A stretch of 64,000 nt of DNA, taken from Octopus sinensis (Eukaryota). Below the pieces are notes generated by a model. That model made no database searches and had not been told where the DNA came from. It saw only the letters and a program-made list of their open reading frames with translations. The position numbers and the translations under genes were made by a program. Location of the stretch: positions 58,900,001-58,964,000 of the forward strand of contig NC_043002.1 of NCBI RefSeq assembly GCF_006345805.1, read 5' to 3'. Of the stretch, positions 1 through 13,984 are shown piece after piece (within the stretch, counting starts at the first letter, position 1; every line of letters starts with the position of its first letter).

Positions 1-1747
1 AGGCCTAGCTAGAAATGTCACGACTCCTCATGTCTCCCTGTGGCACACAATATTTTAGAAATTTTAAAACTTTTCTTTAGTTCTTTTTTGCCAATACAGA
101 CTATTTCTAGATTCCTCAAATGTTGGTGTTTTTTTGCCTCTCTGTAAAATAATTCATGTTTATATTCTTAAGCACAAAAAATGTGAAGTTTATGCTTTTT
201 TTAATTTCTTATAATTCCTTAATTTTAATTTCAAGCTTCTAATCTTTCTTTCAGCTACAAAGAAATGATTGTGCCCCTTGTAATAGCTGCAACAATTATA
301 GGGACCACATGTGTCTATTACTAATGATTTGGGGAAAATGTCACATGGTTCATGTTTGACTAATCATTTCAACTGTGTATTGAAAAAAGGTGTGTTTTTG
401 TACACACACACACACACAGAATCCACTCACAGGACTTTGGTGAGCTTGGAACTATAATAGAAGACACTTGTCCAAAATACCACACTGTGGGACAGAACCT
501 GAAACTACATGGTTGAGAAATAGACTACTTAACCGCACTGCCATGCCAGAACTTATATATATGTATGAGAATAATTGTATTAATACACACAGAAGTATAC
601 ACCTGAATTGCTAAATGTGTGTGCTATTATGTATAAAGTTGTGTATGTGTTGGGTATGTTCATGCATGCATGTGTAAAAGTACAAGCCAGATGTGATGGT
701 GTATATGCGTGAAAATATTTTATGAGAGAGAGAGAAAAGTGAGAGAGAAAAAAGAAAGTGACACAAAGAAAGAGAGAAGGAAAGAAAAAGAGAATGACAA
801 AGAAAGCAACAGAATGTGTGGTGTGTGTGAGAGAGAGATTATGTGAGTGAGATTGCATTAAGATATCAAGTAGTCGAGGCCAGGATATGAAATCACAGAC
901 ATAAGCTCCTTTGAGATAGCATGAGCCAATAAATAAATAAATAAATTCATAAGAGATGGAGAGAAAAAAAAACAAAAGAGAAATCAATAAAAAAAAAAAT
1001 CAGTCCATTATCTTGAGAAGATTTCAAACAGAACATGAATAAGAGAACAAGCCACTCCATGCTTTTATTTGTCTCACACGGTTGTAAGTCAGACCAGATA
1101 CATTATGGTATTTCCTTGAGTGGAGAGCACTGGACTGCAGCAAAAGTGCTTCAGGTCTTCGTGATGGGAATGTGTGTATGGCTGCATGGTTAAGAAACTT
1201 GCTTTACAATCATGTGATTTCAGGTTCAGTCCTGCTGTGAGGCACCTTGGGCAAATGTCTTCTGCTATAACCTTGGACTGACCAATGCCTTGTGAGTGTA
1301 TATGGAAGATGGAAACTGTATAGAAGCTTTGTATGTATATCTTTATATATATATATATATATATATATATTCCTTTATTCTTGTTTCAGTCATTTGACTG
1401 AGGCCATACTGGAGCACCACCTTTAGTCGAACAAATCAACCCCAGGACTTATTCTATGTAAGCCTAGTACTTATTCTATCAGCCTCTTTTGCCAAACCAC
1501 TAAGTTACAGAGACGTAAACACACCAACATTGGTTGTCACATGACGGTGGGGGGGGACAAACACACACACACAAACATATATAAACGACAGGTTTCTTTC
1601 AGCTTCCATCTATCAAATTCACTCACAAGGCTTTGGTCGACCGAAGGCTATAGTAGAAGACACTTCCCCAAGTGCCACGCAGTGGGACTGAACCTGGAAC
1701 CATGTGGTTTGGAAGCAAGCTTCTTATCACACACCAATTCCTGTGTC

Positions 1748-1778
<31 letters not shown>

Positions 1779-4195
1779 TATATATATTACTTGATCACCC
1801 AGCTTATCAGATGTTATACATCGCTGGGCATTATGTACTTACTATCGTTTAAGCTTTTCAAGTGATGCCCCCACAACTGGCTAGGTAAGCAGGCTGACAT
1901 TCCCCCTGATTGGAAGGTTATTCCATTGCAGGGTTACCAATTTACAGGTCAGGGAACTAGAGCAGTGTTTAATGCAGTGTTTTGTACAAGAACACAACAC
2001 ACACCATGTGTGGGAATTGAAACAGCAATCTTACGATTGTGAGTGTAATGCACCTAACTACTAGCCCACACACCTATACATATTTATAACACACACACAC
2101 ACACACAGGTTTAGGTGTAGTTTGTGGTATTTCTATCAATTCAGAGCTTAACAGTAACTTTCAGGGACACTCCTGGCGTTGGGATTAAAAGGTACTCATT
2201 TCGCTTTAATTATAATTTTAAATTGGTCAAACACATTTTCATAAACCAAAATTTGGAACATGGTACAAAATAAAACAGAAATAAAAATTAACTTATGCCA
2301 AAATCTAAATCTGGAACAAAATAAATATGTATGTGTGTGTATTTTTGTGTTTCTCCCCCATCACTTAGCAGTTTGGCAAAGAGTCCAATAAAATAAGTTA
2401 TCAGACTTAAAAATAAGTACAGAGGTTAATTTATTTGCCTGAACCTTTCAGAGCAGTGCTCCAGTATGGCTGAAGTCCAATGACAGAAACAAGTAAAAGA
2501 GATAGAAAAAAGAAATGGAAGGCGTGGCTGAGTGGTAAAGAAGCTTGCTTCCTAAGCACATGGTTTTGGGTTCAGTCTCACCACATGGCAACTTGGGCAA
2601 ATGTCTTCTGCTATAGCCTTGGTATGACCAAAGACTTGTAAATGGGTTTGGTAGACAGAAACTGAAAGAAGCCCGTCGTATATATATATATATATATGGA
2701 GCACTCCATCAGTTACAACAAGGATCTCAACTGATACATTCAACAGGACAGCCTGCTTGTGAAATTAACATGCAAGTGGCTGAGCACACCACAAACACAT
2801 GTATCCTTAATGTAGTTCTCAGGGAGATTGAGTTTGACACAGAGTGTGAAAAGGCTGGCCCTTTGAAATACAGGTACAACTCGTTTTTGCCAGCTGAGTG
2901 GACTGGAGCAACATGAAATAAAGTGTCTTTCTCAAGGACACAACGTGTCACCAGGAATTGAACTCAATACCTTACGATTGTGAGCCGAATGCCCTAACCA
3001 CTAAACCACATGCCTTCACGTGTGTGTGTGTGGGTGTGCCTTTGTGTTTGTCCCTCATCACCACTTAACCAATTTTGGTGTGTTTATGTCCCTGTAATTT
3101 ATAGGTTTGGCAAAAAGGAGCTGATAGAATAAGAACCAGGCTTAGCAAAAAAAAGAATTAAGAACAAGGGTCAATTTGTTCAGCTAAACCCATCAAGTCA
3201 GTGCCCCAGCATGGTTGCAGTCAAATGACTGAAACAAGTAAACGATAAAGATGTAACAAAAATAATTGAAACTTTATTTAAATTAATTCAAATTTGAATT
3301 ATTTTGTATTCAGACTTATTCTTCAATTTAAATTTATCAAAAGAGGTATTTTCTCAATTTTAAAATTTCAACTGTAATATTTGAAAAAAAATATTTTAAT
3401 TTTAAAAAAATATTTTAAAAAAATATTTGAAAAAAAATATTTGAAAAAAATATTTGAAAAAATATTTGACAAAAAAAAAACAAATATCATATATCATCTT
3501 ATCTGAAACTTCTTAGTTCTGTGCAAGACATCTACATGGTTCCTTGACATGCCAGAAATAGTAGCCAAGTGAGGCCAATAGTATTAATATAGGATCTTAA
3601 AAGTGATGCTGAATCAAACTAACAACAAACCTCAAATGAAACCAACACTGATCAAGTTTTTCTTTTTTTTCTTCTTATTTTTTTAATTTTTACTTTTTTT
3701 ACTTTTACTCATTTCAGTCATTAGACTGCGGCCATGCTGGGGCACCACCTCGAAGAATTTTAATTGAACAAATCACCTTCCTGGTACTTACTATATTTTT
3801 ATTTAAGCCAGGTGCTTATTTTATGGTCCCTTTGGCTGAACTGCTAAGTTGTCAAATGGTGGTGGTGGAGCTGGGGGCAAACACAAAGATACATGCACAC
3901 ACACACACACACACGCACAATGGGCTTCTTTCAGTTTCCATCTACCAAATCTACTCACAAGATTTTGGTCAGCCCAAAGAAATAGTAGAAGACACTTGCC
4001 CAAGGTGCCACAAAGTGGGACTGAACTCGGAACCATGTGGTTGGGAAGCAAACTTGTTACCACACAGCCAAAAGAGGGATGGGACATTACAAATAATTTG
4101 TGAAGTTACTCTCAGTTGAGCATAGTGAAATTTAGTCTCATTGCAATTGGTAGATTGAAGAACTGGATAAATATATATATATATATATACACACA

Positions 4196-4736
4196 AGTGC
4201 CAGGTCACTTTCGAGTGCTACTGGTAACATGTAACCCAGTACAACCAGTTGCATGGTCAGGTCGTCAGCAACAGCACCAAGCTTTGCTTGGTGAGGAGGG
4301 TGTTTATTGGACACCCTGCAGGATGAAAAACAAAACCCGTCAAAGGGCGGAGGAACTCTTGAGAGTCAACGGCCATCCAATAAATGTCTTAAGGCTGTAT
4401 CATGCGCGGGGACATAAATAATCAGAATGAATACCCGATCGCGCGGTTAAACCATTGGGAGTGAAGGACACCTAGCCTTTGTTAGGGCATCCTTCTAGGA
4501 GAAGGTAACTCAGGTAACTGGGATAACTCCGACATAAAACCTGCGGCTCAGTGGTTACCGATGATGTTGACTTGTTCTTCTTTTCGGATTATGGCTGCTG
4601 TTGAATAGTGAGTGGGATTGACTCAGTGCACAGCCTTTCCTCACTTAAAAAAAAATCTTCTTGCACAGGCATTGCACGATAACAACATTGATTAAGCTTC
4701 ATTCAATGGCCATACTCGATAACAAGGGGGCAGCCA
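4196..4736 (+). mobile_element. Non-coding RTE-derived short retroposon (RTE-like 5' UTR joined to a 3' end)
   Basis: tctaggagaaggtaactc resembles RTE/BovB 5' UTRs (from memory); CpG-retaining; ends in an (AC)n tail; no ORF. Confidence 0.45.
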
Positions 4737-4763
4737 ATATACACACACACACACATATACATA

Positions 4764-5130
4764 TCTCTTATTATAAAAGGCAGATTTTATCTGCCTCCCT
4801 TTGGGAGTTATACAAATCTACAATATAGGATTTCTTCAATTACAATTTACCTAGCATTTTTAAGAGTACAATGCATCGCGTCATGCCAGGTCCAGTTTTC
4901 AAAATTTAAACTCCAATTAAGCAAAATTTACAGAAAACTCACATTCTGGTGTGTGTGTCAAATGCTTTTCTTAGTCTGGTTTACACCACACGCAAACGCA
5001 CACACACAGTGGGCAATGAATAAAATGAAACTAATTCACTTACTGTAGTGAGTGATTCTTTCACTCTGCCTCCCACTTCCTCTTTCCACACATAGACACG
5101 CAAATATATAAATAAAATTGTAAGCTAACG
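4764..5130 (+). mobile_element. Possible Helitron 5' fragment
   Basis: Starts tctcttattataaaaggcag, similar to the Helitron 5' end at 6329; no 3' CTRR end found. Confidence 0.35.
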
Positions 5131-5275
5131 TGCGTGTGTGTGAGTGTGTGTGTGTGTGTGTGTGTGCGCATGTGTGTGTGTGTGAGGGTGCGTGTGTGTG
5201 TGTGTGCGTGTGCGTGAGTGTGTGACAGGAAAGTTTTTTACGACGAATATAACACCTATATCCAAGTAGCAGAAA

Positions 5276-5541
5276 GATAAGACAGTAAGGTGTGATTTGA
5301 GGGAGATTTGGCTGCTATTTCTACCATGTCTAGCTGCCATGTAGGGGTCTCCCTCATAGGCTCATACATACATATATACATAGATAAGACAGTAAGGTGT
5401 GATTTGGGGGAAATTTGGCTGCTATTTCTACCAGGTCTAGCTACCATCTAGAGGTCCCCCTCATTGGCTCATATATATATACATACATAAGACAGTAAGG
5501 TGTGATTTGAGGGAGATTTGGCTGCTGTTTCTACCAGGTCT
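5276..5541 (+). repeat. Tandem repeat of a ~105-bp unit, ~2.5 copies
   Basis: ataagacagtaaggtgtgatttg...gatttggctgctatttcta recurs at ~5277, ~5384 and ~5487. Confidence 0.9.
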
Positions 5542-5907
5542 GTTAGGCCTTCTCATGTAAACTCAAGCTTTCTCATGCCTTGAACATAAGACCAAAGCAG
5601 AGAATGTATTCTTTTATTCTTCTGCTTTTTCCAGCCATTGGTCTGTGGCCATGCTGGGGCAATGCTTGAAGAATTGTAGTTTAATGAATCAAATCCAGTT
5701 TTATTTTTGTAAGCATTGTACTTATTCTATCTGTTCCCTTTGTCAAACCACTAGGTGACAGGGATGTAAACAAACCAACATTCGTTGTCAAGCAGTGGTG
5801 GAGGACAATCACAAGCACAGACACGCACACACACACACATACATGCATACACATATACACACATACATACATACATACATATATATATATGTGTGTGTGT
5901 ATATATA

Positions 5908-6166
5908 TTGCAGCGTGGAAGGTGTTTGTAAGCCATTTAAGAAACACACAAAAACCGTTACATTCACTTCAACATTTAAATTTAATTTGCCAAAATATTT
6001 TCGTCGCTTTGAGACCGCGACCTGTTCACTGACAAAAATATCGTGCAAACAGGTCGCGGTCTCAAAGCGACGAAAATATTTTGACAAATTAAATTTAAAT
6101 GTTGAAGTGAATCTAACGGTTTTTGTGTGTTTCTTAAATGGCTTATAAACACCTTCAACGCTGCAA
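5908..6166. repeat. Near-perfect palindromic (foldback) element
   Basis: Arms 5908-6026 and 6048-6166, 119 nt each, 4 mismatches, 21-nt loop. Confidence 0.95.
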
Positions 6167-6328
6167 CTGTTTTCGTTCCAGCACACGATCTCAGATCAAG
6201 TCACTTGCTATGCAAGTACATCTCTGTAACTATATATATATTTATATATATATATATATGTATATTGGTAAAAACAGTAAGATAACAAAAGAAAGAAAGA
6301 GACCTCAATATTATGTAAATAGAGGAAA

Positions 6329-6722
6329 TCTTTATATATAAAAGTGAGGTTGTGTGTCTGTCTCCTACGATTTAGATTCCTAACTACTCCCACATTTTGC
6401 GGTGCAGTTTAACCAAAACCGGGTATCTTATAGTCGTGATTCATATCGAGACCGTCTGGGTATTAGCGCGCGTCTATGATGAGTCTACGATTTAAAAAAA
6501 AATTTACCATCAATTTTTCCCATTTTTAATCCATTTTTGATATATATAAGAGAAGTAACTCTCTTAAATTTATTATTAAATCTCAGAACGTAAAAAGCTA
6601 CAGTAACAACCCTCCCCCTTTGTGGTTAGCCATATTGAGATGGCTATTATACTTTACATCTCTAAAAATGCTTATATAATTATTTCCCTTACAAACCCGA
6701 GCAACGCCGGGCGATACTGCTA

Positions 6723-6723
<1 letters not shown>
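6329..6723 (+). mobile_element. Non-autonomous Helitron
   Basis: 5' TC (tctttatatataaaag), 3' CTAG preceded by a GC-rich hairpin (cccgagcaacgccggg), inserted between A and T with no TSD. Confidence 0.8.
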
Positions 6724-6754
<31 letters not shown>

Positions 6755-6888
6755 CCTTTCATCATTTGATACTGATCACCTCCTCGAATGCCCCTTCTGT
6801 TGTGGCAAGACACCTGCTTCTGTATCTATGTCTCTTTGTCACACTCTAACCTTTTATCCTCTGACACAAATGTCCTGGCCCTCTCATA

Positions 6889-8151
6889 CGAGGGGCGTTC
6901 AATAAGTAATGCCTTGACCCACTTGCAGTTGTTTGATCTAGCTTTGCATGTGCACTTATTTATACCTCTATAGATTAAGTGGTGAATTACAGCTCTGAAC
7001 TAATTGTGGTTTCTGATTTACATGTGTTTGAACTGAGTCAAGTGTGAAATGGAGCCTGTTGAGTGTCGAGCAGTGATCCGGTTTTTGTATTTGAAAGGCC
7101 GCACACCACGGGAGACTTTTGATGAAATGAAAGTAACTTATGGTGATGATGCCCCATCATATGACCTTGTAAAACGCTGGCATTGTGAATTCAAACATAG
7201 TCGGAACTCTGTGGAAACAGCTCCCAGATCTGCTCGCCCCCTTCTGCCGTTGATGAGACATCTGTCCGTCAAGTTGAGGCTGCCATTTTGGAAGGTCAAC
7301 GCATAACTATTCGCCAAATAGCCCATAAGGTCAAGATTAGTACCGGGTCTGTGGAAACTATCATTCATGACCATTTGCATATGCAAAAGGTGTCTGCCAG
7401 ATGGATTTCCAGGTTGCTCACACCTTTCCAGAAGCAAGAACGCGTTGAGTGCTCGAGGATGAATTTGGAGATGTGCCAAGAAGATGAGTCAAAATTTTTC
7501 AAAAGACTGATCACACAGGATAAAACCTGGGTCCATCACTATGATCCATAGACCAAAGCCCAGTCAATGCAGTGAAAGCACCGTGACTCACCTCCTCCAA
7601 AGAAGGCAAGGGTGCAGCCCTCCGCTGACAAGGTTATGCTCACAGTCTTCTGGGACCAGGACGGAGTAGTGATGACAGATTTCCTGGCAAAGGGTACCAC
7701 AATTACAGGAGCCTATTATGCTTCACTTTTGAGGAAATTAAGAGAAGCTATCAAAATCAAGAGGCGGGGCAAGATCAGCAAAGGCATCCTCCTCCTGCAG
7801 GACAACGCTCCGGTCCACAACTCGCGTGTCGCCAGATCAGAAGCACAGGCGTGCAGCTATGAACTCCTCCCCTTGCACCCTCTGATTTTCACCTCTTCCC
7901 AGCCATGAAGTTGATTTTGAAAGGAAAGCATTTCCCAGATGATGCAGCCTTGATTTCTGAAGTCACGTCGTGGTTGGAGGACCAAGCTGGGGTCTTCTAC
8001 AAAAACGGTCTCAAGAGCTGTATCAAACGATGGGAGAAATGCATAACTCTGGGTAGTTCCTATGTAGGAAAAGACTAATAACTGTGCCAAGTGTCGTTGT
8101 TCTACTGCTATGGGAAGTGGGTCAGGGGCATTACTTATTGAACGCCCCTCG
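6889..8151 (+). mobile_element. Near full-length mariner (Tc1/mariner, DD34D) DNA transposon, probably irritans-like
   Basis: TA at 6887-6888 and 8152-8153; TIRs CGAGGGGCGTTCAATAAGTAATGCC identical over 25 nt and extending with a small indel to TGACCCACTT; 1263 bp. Confidence 0.95.
7049..8078 (+). pseudogene. Disrupted mariner transposase
   Basis: HTH N-terminus (RAVIRFLYLKG), ITQDKTWVHHYDP, MLTVFWD, LLQDNAPVH, APSDFHLF; frameshift near 7245, in-frame TAG and TGA near 7548-7575, deletion of the HPPYSPD motif near 7872. Confidence 0.93.
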
Positions 8152-8374
8152 TAATTCCTTGCCTTGTGTGTTACTTGGTTATCCTGCGAGTGCTGGTGCC
8201 ATGTTAAAAGTATCCAGTCTACACTGTAACATGGTCGGTGTCTGGAAGGGCATCCAGCCATAAAATCCCTGCCAAAACAGACACAGTAGCCCTTGGGTAG
8301 ATTTTCTACCTGACCAGCTCCTGTCAACCGTCCTACCCATGCATGCATGGAAGATGGATGTTAAACGATGATGA

Positions 8375-8448
<74 letters not shown>

Positions 8449-9783
8449 GTGTCTGACATAGTATGAAAGTAAGTACTGACTTGAGTTATAGGACACACAG
8501 AGCCAATTTTTCAGTTTCCATAGTGAATTAGTAACTGAGATCACAACATAACTGCTGAACAGGATGCCAGAACACCATAGGGTTAGTCATTTACAATGGA
8601 GTCAACTGGAGCAATGTGAAATGAAGTGTCTTGCTGAAGAACCTACTGCACCACCCAGTTCAGGAAACAAAACCACGACCTTGTGATCATGTGTGCAACC
8701 CTCTAATCTCTAAGCCAGGCACCCTCATAGTCCATAGCTTGGATGAAATATTATGCACGCACTGTTTAGTCATTTCAGGAAGAAATGCACTACAATGACA
8801 TGTTGTTATTATGTATATCCTAGTCAGCTTTCATTAAGCAAATTACTGTCTTGAAGTTAATCAACCAAATAACTAGGCATGATCTGCTGCTACCTATTGT
8901 TACAAACAGGTCATGCATCTGTCAAATTGCACACCTGGTCATGCAGTGGTTAATCATATTGTGTGTGACAGATGAGACATATATTCCCACCTTCTCTACT
9001 CTATTTCTGTAAGCCTTTTATATTCAGGTGATAAAAACAGTGAATGCAAGTGAGATGGGCTTAATTAGTGAGTGACAGCTGTCATTTGATGATGTCATTT
9101 AGCCACAGATCACCCATCATTGTGATGATCAATGATCAAAGGTGCTCCGGCTTTAACTGACGTTTTTTTTTTTTTCTCAGAGCTGATTGAAGGAAATTTG
9201 GCTGCTATTTCTAGCATGTCATGTAATTACATAGACATTGCTTTGCATTGTCACTTGTAGCTGTCGTTGATAGCCATGAGCAGATCTACTTGAGTAAACT
9301 TAGAACAACTAAACAACTTTCTCACTAGACTGTGCAACTGGTTGTTTAAAGAGAAGGAAAAACCTACATGTGCGTGCACATACACACACAAACGCACACA
9401 TCAAATGTAGAGTGTGTGACACTAATGGTGAAAATATGTTGAGTAAAGAAACAGTGCAATGGAGAATAAAAGTGTGGAAATTACCGGTGAATCCAGACTT
9501 GTTTCTCATTCAAATTACTTTCTTCTGAACCTAGTTTTGAAGGTCACTCATTGGACGAGACACACTGCAGTAGCCAAGGACAATATCCCACCTTATCTTA
9601 TAAAACATGAACAATAATGTGGCTGTGTGGTAAGAATTTTGCTTCCTGACCACATGGTTTCAGGTTCAGTCCCACTGCATGTCACCTTGGGCAAGTGTCT
9701 TCATCTATAACCTTGGACTGACCAGAGACATGTGAATGGATCTGGTAGATGGAAACTGCAAGAAGCCCATCATATATATTCAC

Positions 9784-9815
<32 letters not shown>

Positions 9816-12800
9816 ATAATTAAGAGAAATAACCTCTATTAAGTAATTCAATTGATAGTGAAATATATTATCTATAATAAATCATATAGAAAAAATTTAA
9901 ATATATTATAATAAATATTATTCTAAAAATCACTAAATTAAATAAACATTGTCACCCCCCACCCCCACTGCTCGACAACAAGTATTGGTGTATTTACCTC
10001 CCTGTAACTTAGGATTTGGCAAAAAAGAACAGTAGAATAAGTACCAGGCTTTAAAAAAAAAGTACTGGGGTTGATTCATTCAACTAACAGTTCTTCGAAG
10101 TGGTGCCCCAGCATGGCCACAGTCTGACGACTGCAACAAGTAAAAAATACATAATAGAAGGTAATAGTTGGTTGTCAGAGAAAAGAGGAAAAATTTGGGA
10201 TAAGTGTCAGGGATATATATTCCAGGGGTGCTAGGTGTGGGCTGCACACCCATCAAAAATGGCAAATTCATTATTAATATTAACCTTACTCGTTAAATTA
10301 AACCACAAATCTTAATGGAAAACTTTTGTTATACCCTTGCTTGAAATTGGTGGCATTGGGTGGGGCAGCATACCCAGTACAACAGCCACCGTATGCCATT
10401 GATAAGTGTCACTACTGGCTAGCCCCTGTGATGTCCAGCATGTTATAAGCCCTGCTGAGGAACTGGTCAGCAAGCCCTCAGCGTCCCACCTTGATGGGAT
10501 CACACATTGGTTGCCACCGATTGCTTTGAAATAGCCCTACCGCTCTGCATATTTCCTTCTAGCTGCAAAAGATTCAGTGAGGAAATACTTGTAATGGGAG
10601 ATTTCTCTCTTTGATTTAATGCCACAGACACTAACGTTAAACAGCAGCAGCACCCCAACTAAATACCACCATGGGCGGTGAAAGAATTCATATGAAGAAG
10701 ACAGCAGCGATTTACATAATAATACAATGAAAGAAAAACAACACAGTTACAAGATTTTACCAAGAATAAATTAGTAAATATATAAATGATAAACAAAACG
10801 AAAAAAAAACAAAAATAAAATCAAAACATGAATGGTTGTACATTGTAGAGATATCTTTTAAAATTACACAAACGGAAATGAAAAGATAGATAAGAGAGAG
10901 ATAAGCTGTTGCTTTTAATCTCTTGAGACTAGTAGAAGGCGATGTTAAATGTAAAAGAAGAACCAATTTAGATTTTTAAAATATATATACATATATGTAT
11001 ATGTATATAATTATGTCTTTCAGTTAAATGTTTTTAGGTGGAGAGTAATCTTGTAGATGACTTTGGATGAAAAGAAATTTCAAATAACTCGAGTTAACTT
11101 CTGTACAATAGTTACATTAACGCTTAATGCATTTAGTGTGAAGAGCATTAGAGACAACTAGAAATAATTGTGTTGAGGAAAAAGAAATAATAATGTTAGT
11201 CAATACATATTTTTTTATCATTATTTTGGTAAAGATAGGGGAAAATTCTGAACAGGTTTTGGTCCTTCAAAACCTGGCACTCTGTTGGTTATGACAAGGG
11301 TTCCAGTTGATCCGATCAACGGAACAGCCTGCTCATGAAATTAATGTGCAAGTGGCTGAGTAATTCACAGACACACATACTCTTAATGTAGTTCCCAGGG
11401 AGATTCAGCATGACACAGAATGTGACATGGCTGGCCCTTTGGATTACAGGTACAACTCATTGTGACCAGCTGAATGGACTGGAGCAACGTGAAATAAAGT
11501 GTCTTGCTCAAGGACACAATGCTCTGCTGGGAATCAAACTCATAACCTTACAATCATGGATCAAATACCCTAACCACTAAGCTATGTGCCTTCATGCCTC
11601 GATCTTATGATCTCATCAGAAAAGTATAGACCTCACTGTACATCTTGAAGTAGTGATGAATCATTAAATAAATGTACAAGTCTGTACACTGGTTGGCAAA
11701 GCCATGTAATCCCTCTACAGAAAGTAACCTCTTCATCATTATTAATCCTTGGACATAACTGTTTTGAGTCCCAGGGCTCATGGGACTGGTTGCCATGCCA
11801 TACAAATGACTGAAATCACAACATCCCCACTGAACAGGATGCCAATATGTTGCAGGGTTACTCATTTCCAGATGAGTGAATTGGAACGATGTGAAATGAA
11901 ATGTTTTGTCCAAGAACACAAAATACCTCCTAGTCTGGGAATTGAAATCCCGATCCTGCAATCATAAGTACGACACCCTAACCACAAGCCCATGTGTTTT
12001 CACTTCATCGATAATGACCTAAGGTTAATTAACAACAACTTGGTCAACTTTAGGAGAAGAGTTACTAATCTTTTGAAGATTTCTATGAACACTTGTAGCT
12101 CATGAATAAAAAATGTGTTTTCTGACTTCTTATCACATGTGTCATATTATTATTATGCTACAAATCAAACCAAGAAGACCATCCTTTAATATCCTACAAA
12201 GGGACCACACCTGCAATTTCTTAGTCAACACTGAATTCATTGTCCTTCAACAGCAATAAGGAACTATGATGATGATGATAATGATGAATCAAGACTAACC
12301 ACACAAAATGTAAACAGGATGTATAATTTTATTTTCTTTCTTTTTGGAGGTAAACAGAATACCACAAACTTTTCTTTGTCTTCCCAACCACAGGGTTCTC
12401 AGTTCAGTCCCACTGTATGGCACCTTGGGCAAGTGTCTTCTAATATAGCCTCGGGCTGACCAGAGCCTTGTGAGTGGATTTGGTAAATGGAAACAGAAAG
12501 AAGCTTGTATATCAAAATATATCTGAAGCTTGTATATCAAAATATATCTGTTAGAGTGTGGCACTTCTTCACACAGCTGTCTTCATCCATTTGCCATACC
12601 CGTGCAGTCGTCTCTCTTGCACACTACATCTGATGCCTCTTATGCCCAACTTTTCTCACAAAATGCTTACACTCTGTCATGCATGCACACTGACATTACA
12701 CATCCAGCGAAGCATACTGGCTTCATTTCTTACAAGCTTACACTTGTCCTTGGCAGTCACAGCCCATGTTTCACTGCCTTTCACTCTGAGAGAGAAGCCC

Positions 12801-13984
12801 TTTGTTACCAGCAGAAGTAGGAGCTCTCTGAACTTTGCCCAGCCAATTCTTATTCTAGCAGCTATACTCTCAGAGCATCCACCCACAGCTACTTACTTGG
12901 TCACCAAGGTAACGGAAGCTATCAACTACTAGTTTTGACTCTTAGCATTTGATGGAGTCTATTTTCTGTACATTTTCATTGTTGATTGTATCTGTGCACC
13001 TTTACTGACAAAATCATTACCACATCAGGCAAAGTGATTGACAGTATTTCTTCTGGCTTTTTATGTTTTAAGTTCAAATTCCACCAAGGCCAACATTGAC
13101 TTTCATTCTTCCAAGGACAATAAAATAAGTACCAGTTGAGCACTGCAGTCGATGTAATTGACTTACCCCTCCCTTCTGAAGTTTTAGGTACTGAGCCAAA
13201 ATTAGAAAGCATTATTATGGGCAAAATCTTTAGCAAAATGGACAATACGGTGTAAGATACATTTTTCTAAATATATGTTCCAAGTTCAAATCCTGCTGAG
13301 GTCAACTTTGCTTTTCATTCGTGTGGGAGTTATGCGGCGGGGAGTCAATAAGATAAAGTACCAGTCATGTACTGCAGTCAGTGGCATCAATTAACCCCCT
13401 CCTCTCAAAATTGTTGGCTTCATGTCTAAATCAATACCCAATGTTATTGTTATTATTATTAGTTTTAATATTTAAAAATGGTGAGCTGGCAGAATTGTTA
13501 GCATGGCAGGTGAACTGTTTAGCAGTATTTCGTCTGCCACTATGTTTTTGAGTTCAAATTCCACCGGGGGTCAACTTCAACTTTCATCCTTTAGAGGGGG
13601 GGGGTCAATAAATCAAGTACCAGTGAAACACTGGGGTCGATGTAATCGACTAGTCACCTCCCGCCCCCCCAAAAAATTTCAGGCCTTGTGCCCATAATAG
13701 AAAGGATTATTAGTTTTAATATCGTTAGAACAGCCTTTTTGGCAGCACTTTTCCCATCTTTACATTTTGAATTCAAATTCCACTAAGGTTGACTTTGCCA
13801 TTCTTCCCCTTTCAGGGATCAATGAAGTAAGTACCACTCATGCACTGGGGTCGATGTAATCAGCCCACAAAATTTCAGGCCTTGTGCATATAGCAGAAAG
13901 GATTATTATTATTTGCAGTATCCATTCTAGCTCTTTACATTCTGAGTTCAAATTCTACTGGGGCCTATAAAATAACATTCAAAG

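Noticed and set aside
3383-3470. (aaaaaaatatttg)n minisatellite; also the 25-bp duplication at ~12501-12550, the ~41-bp repeats at ~29870-29975 and the AT-rich repeats at ~26520-26660
   Set aside because: Ordinary slippage-type tandem repeats with no sign of function.
11612-11745. AUGAUGA...CUGA pair suggesting a C/D snoRNA
   Set aside because: No terminal stem or guide recognised; expected by chance in AT-rich DNA.
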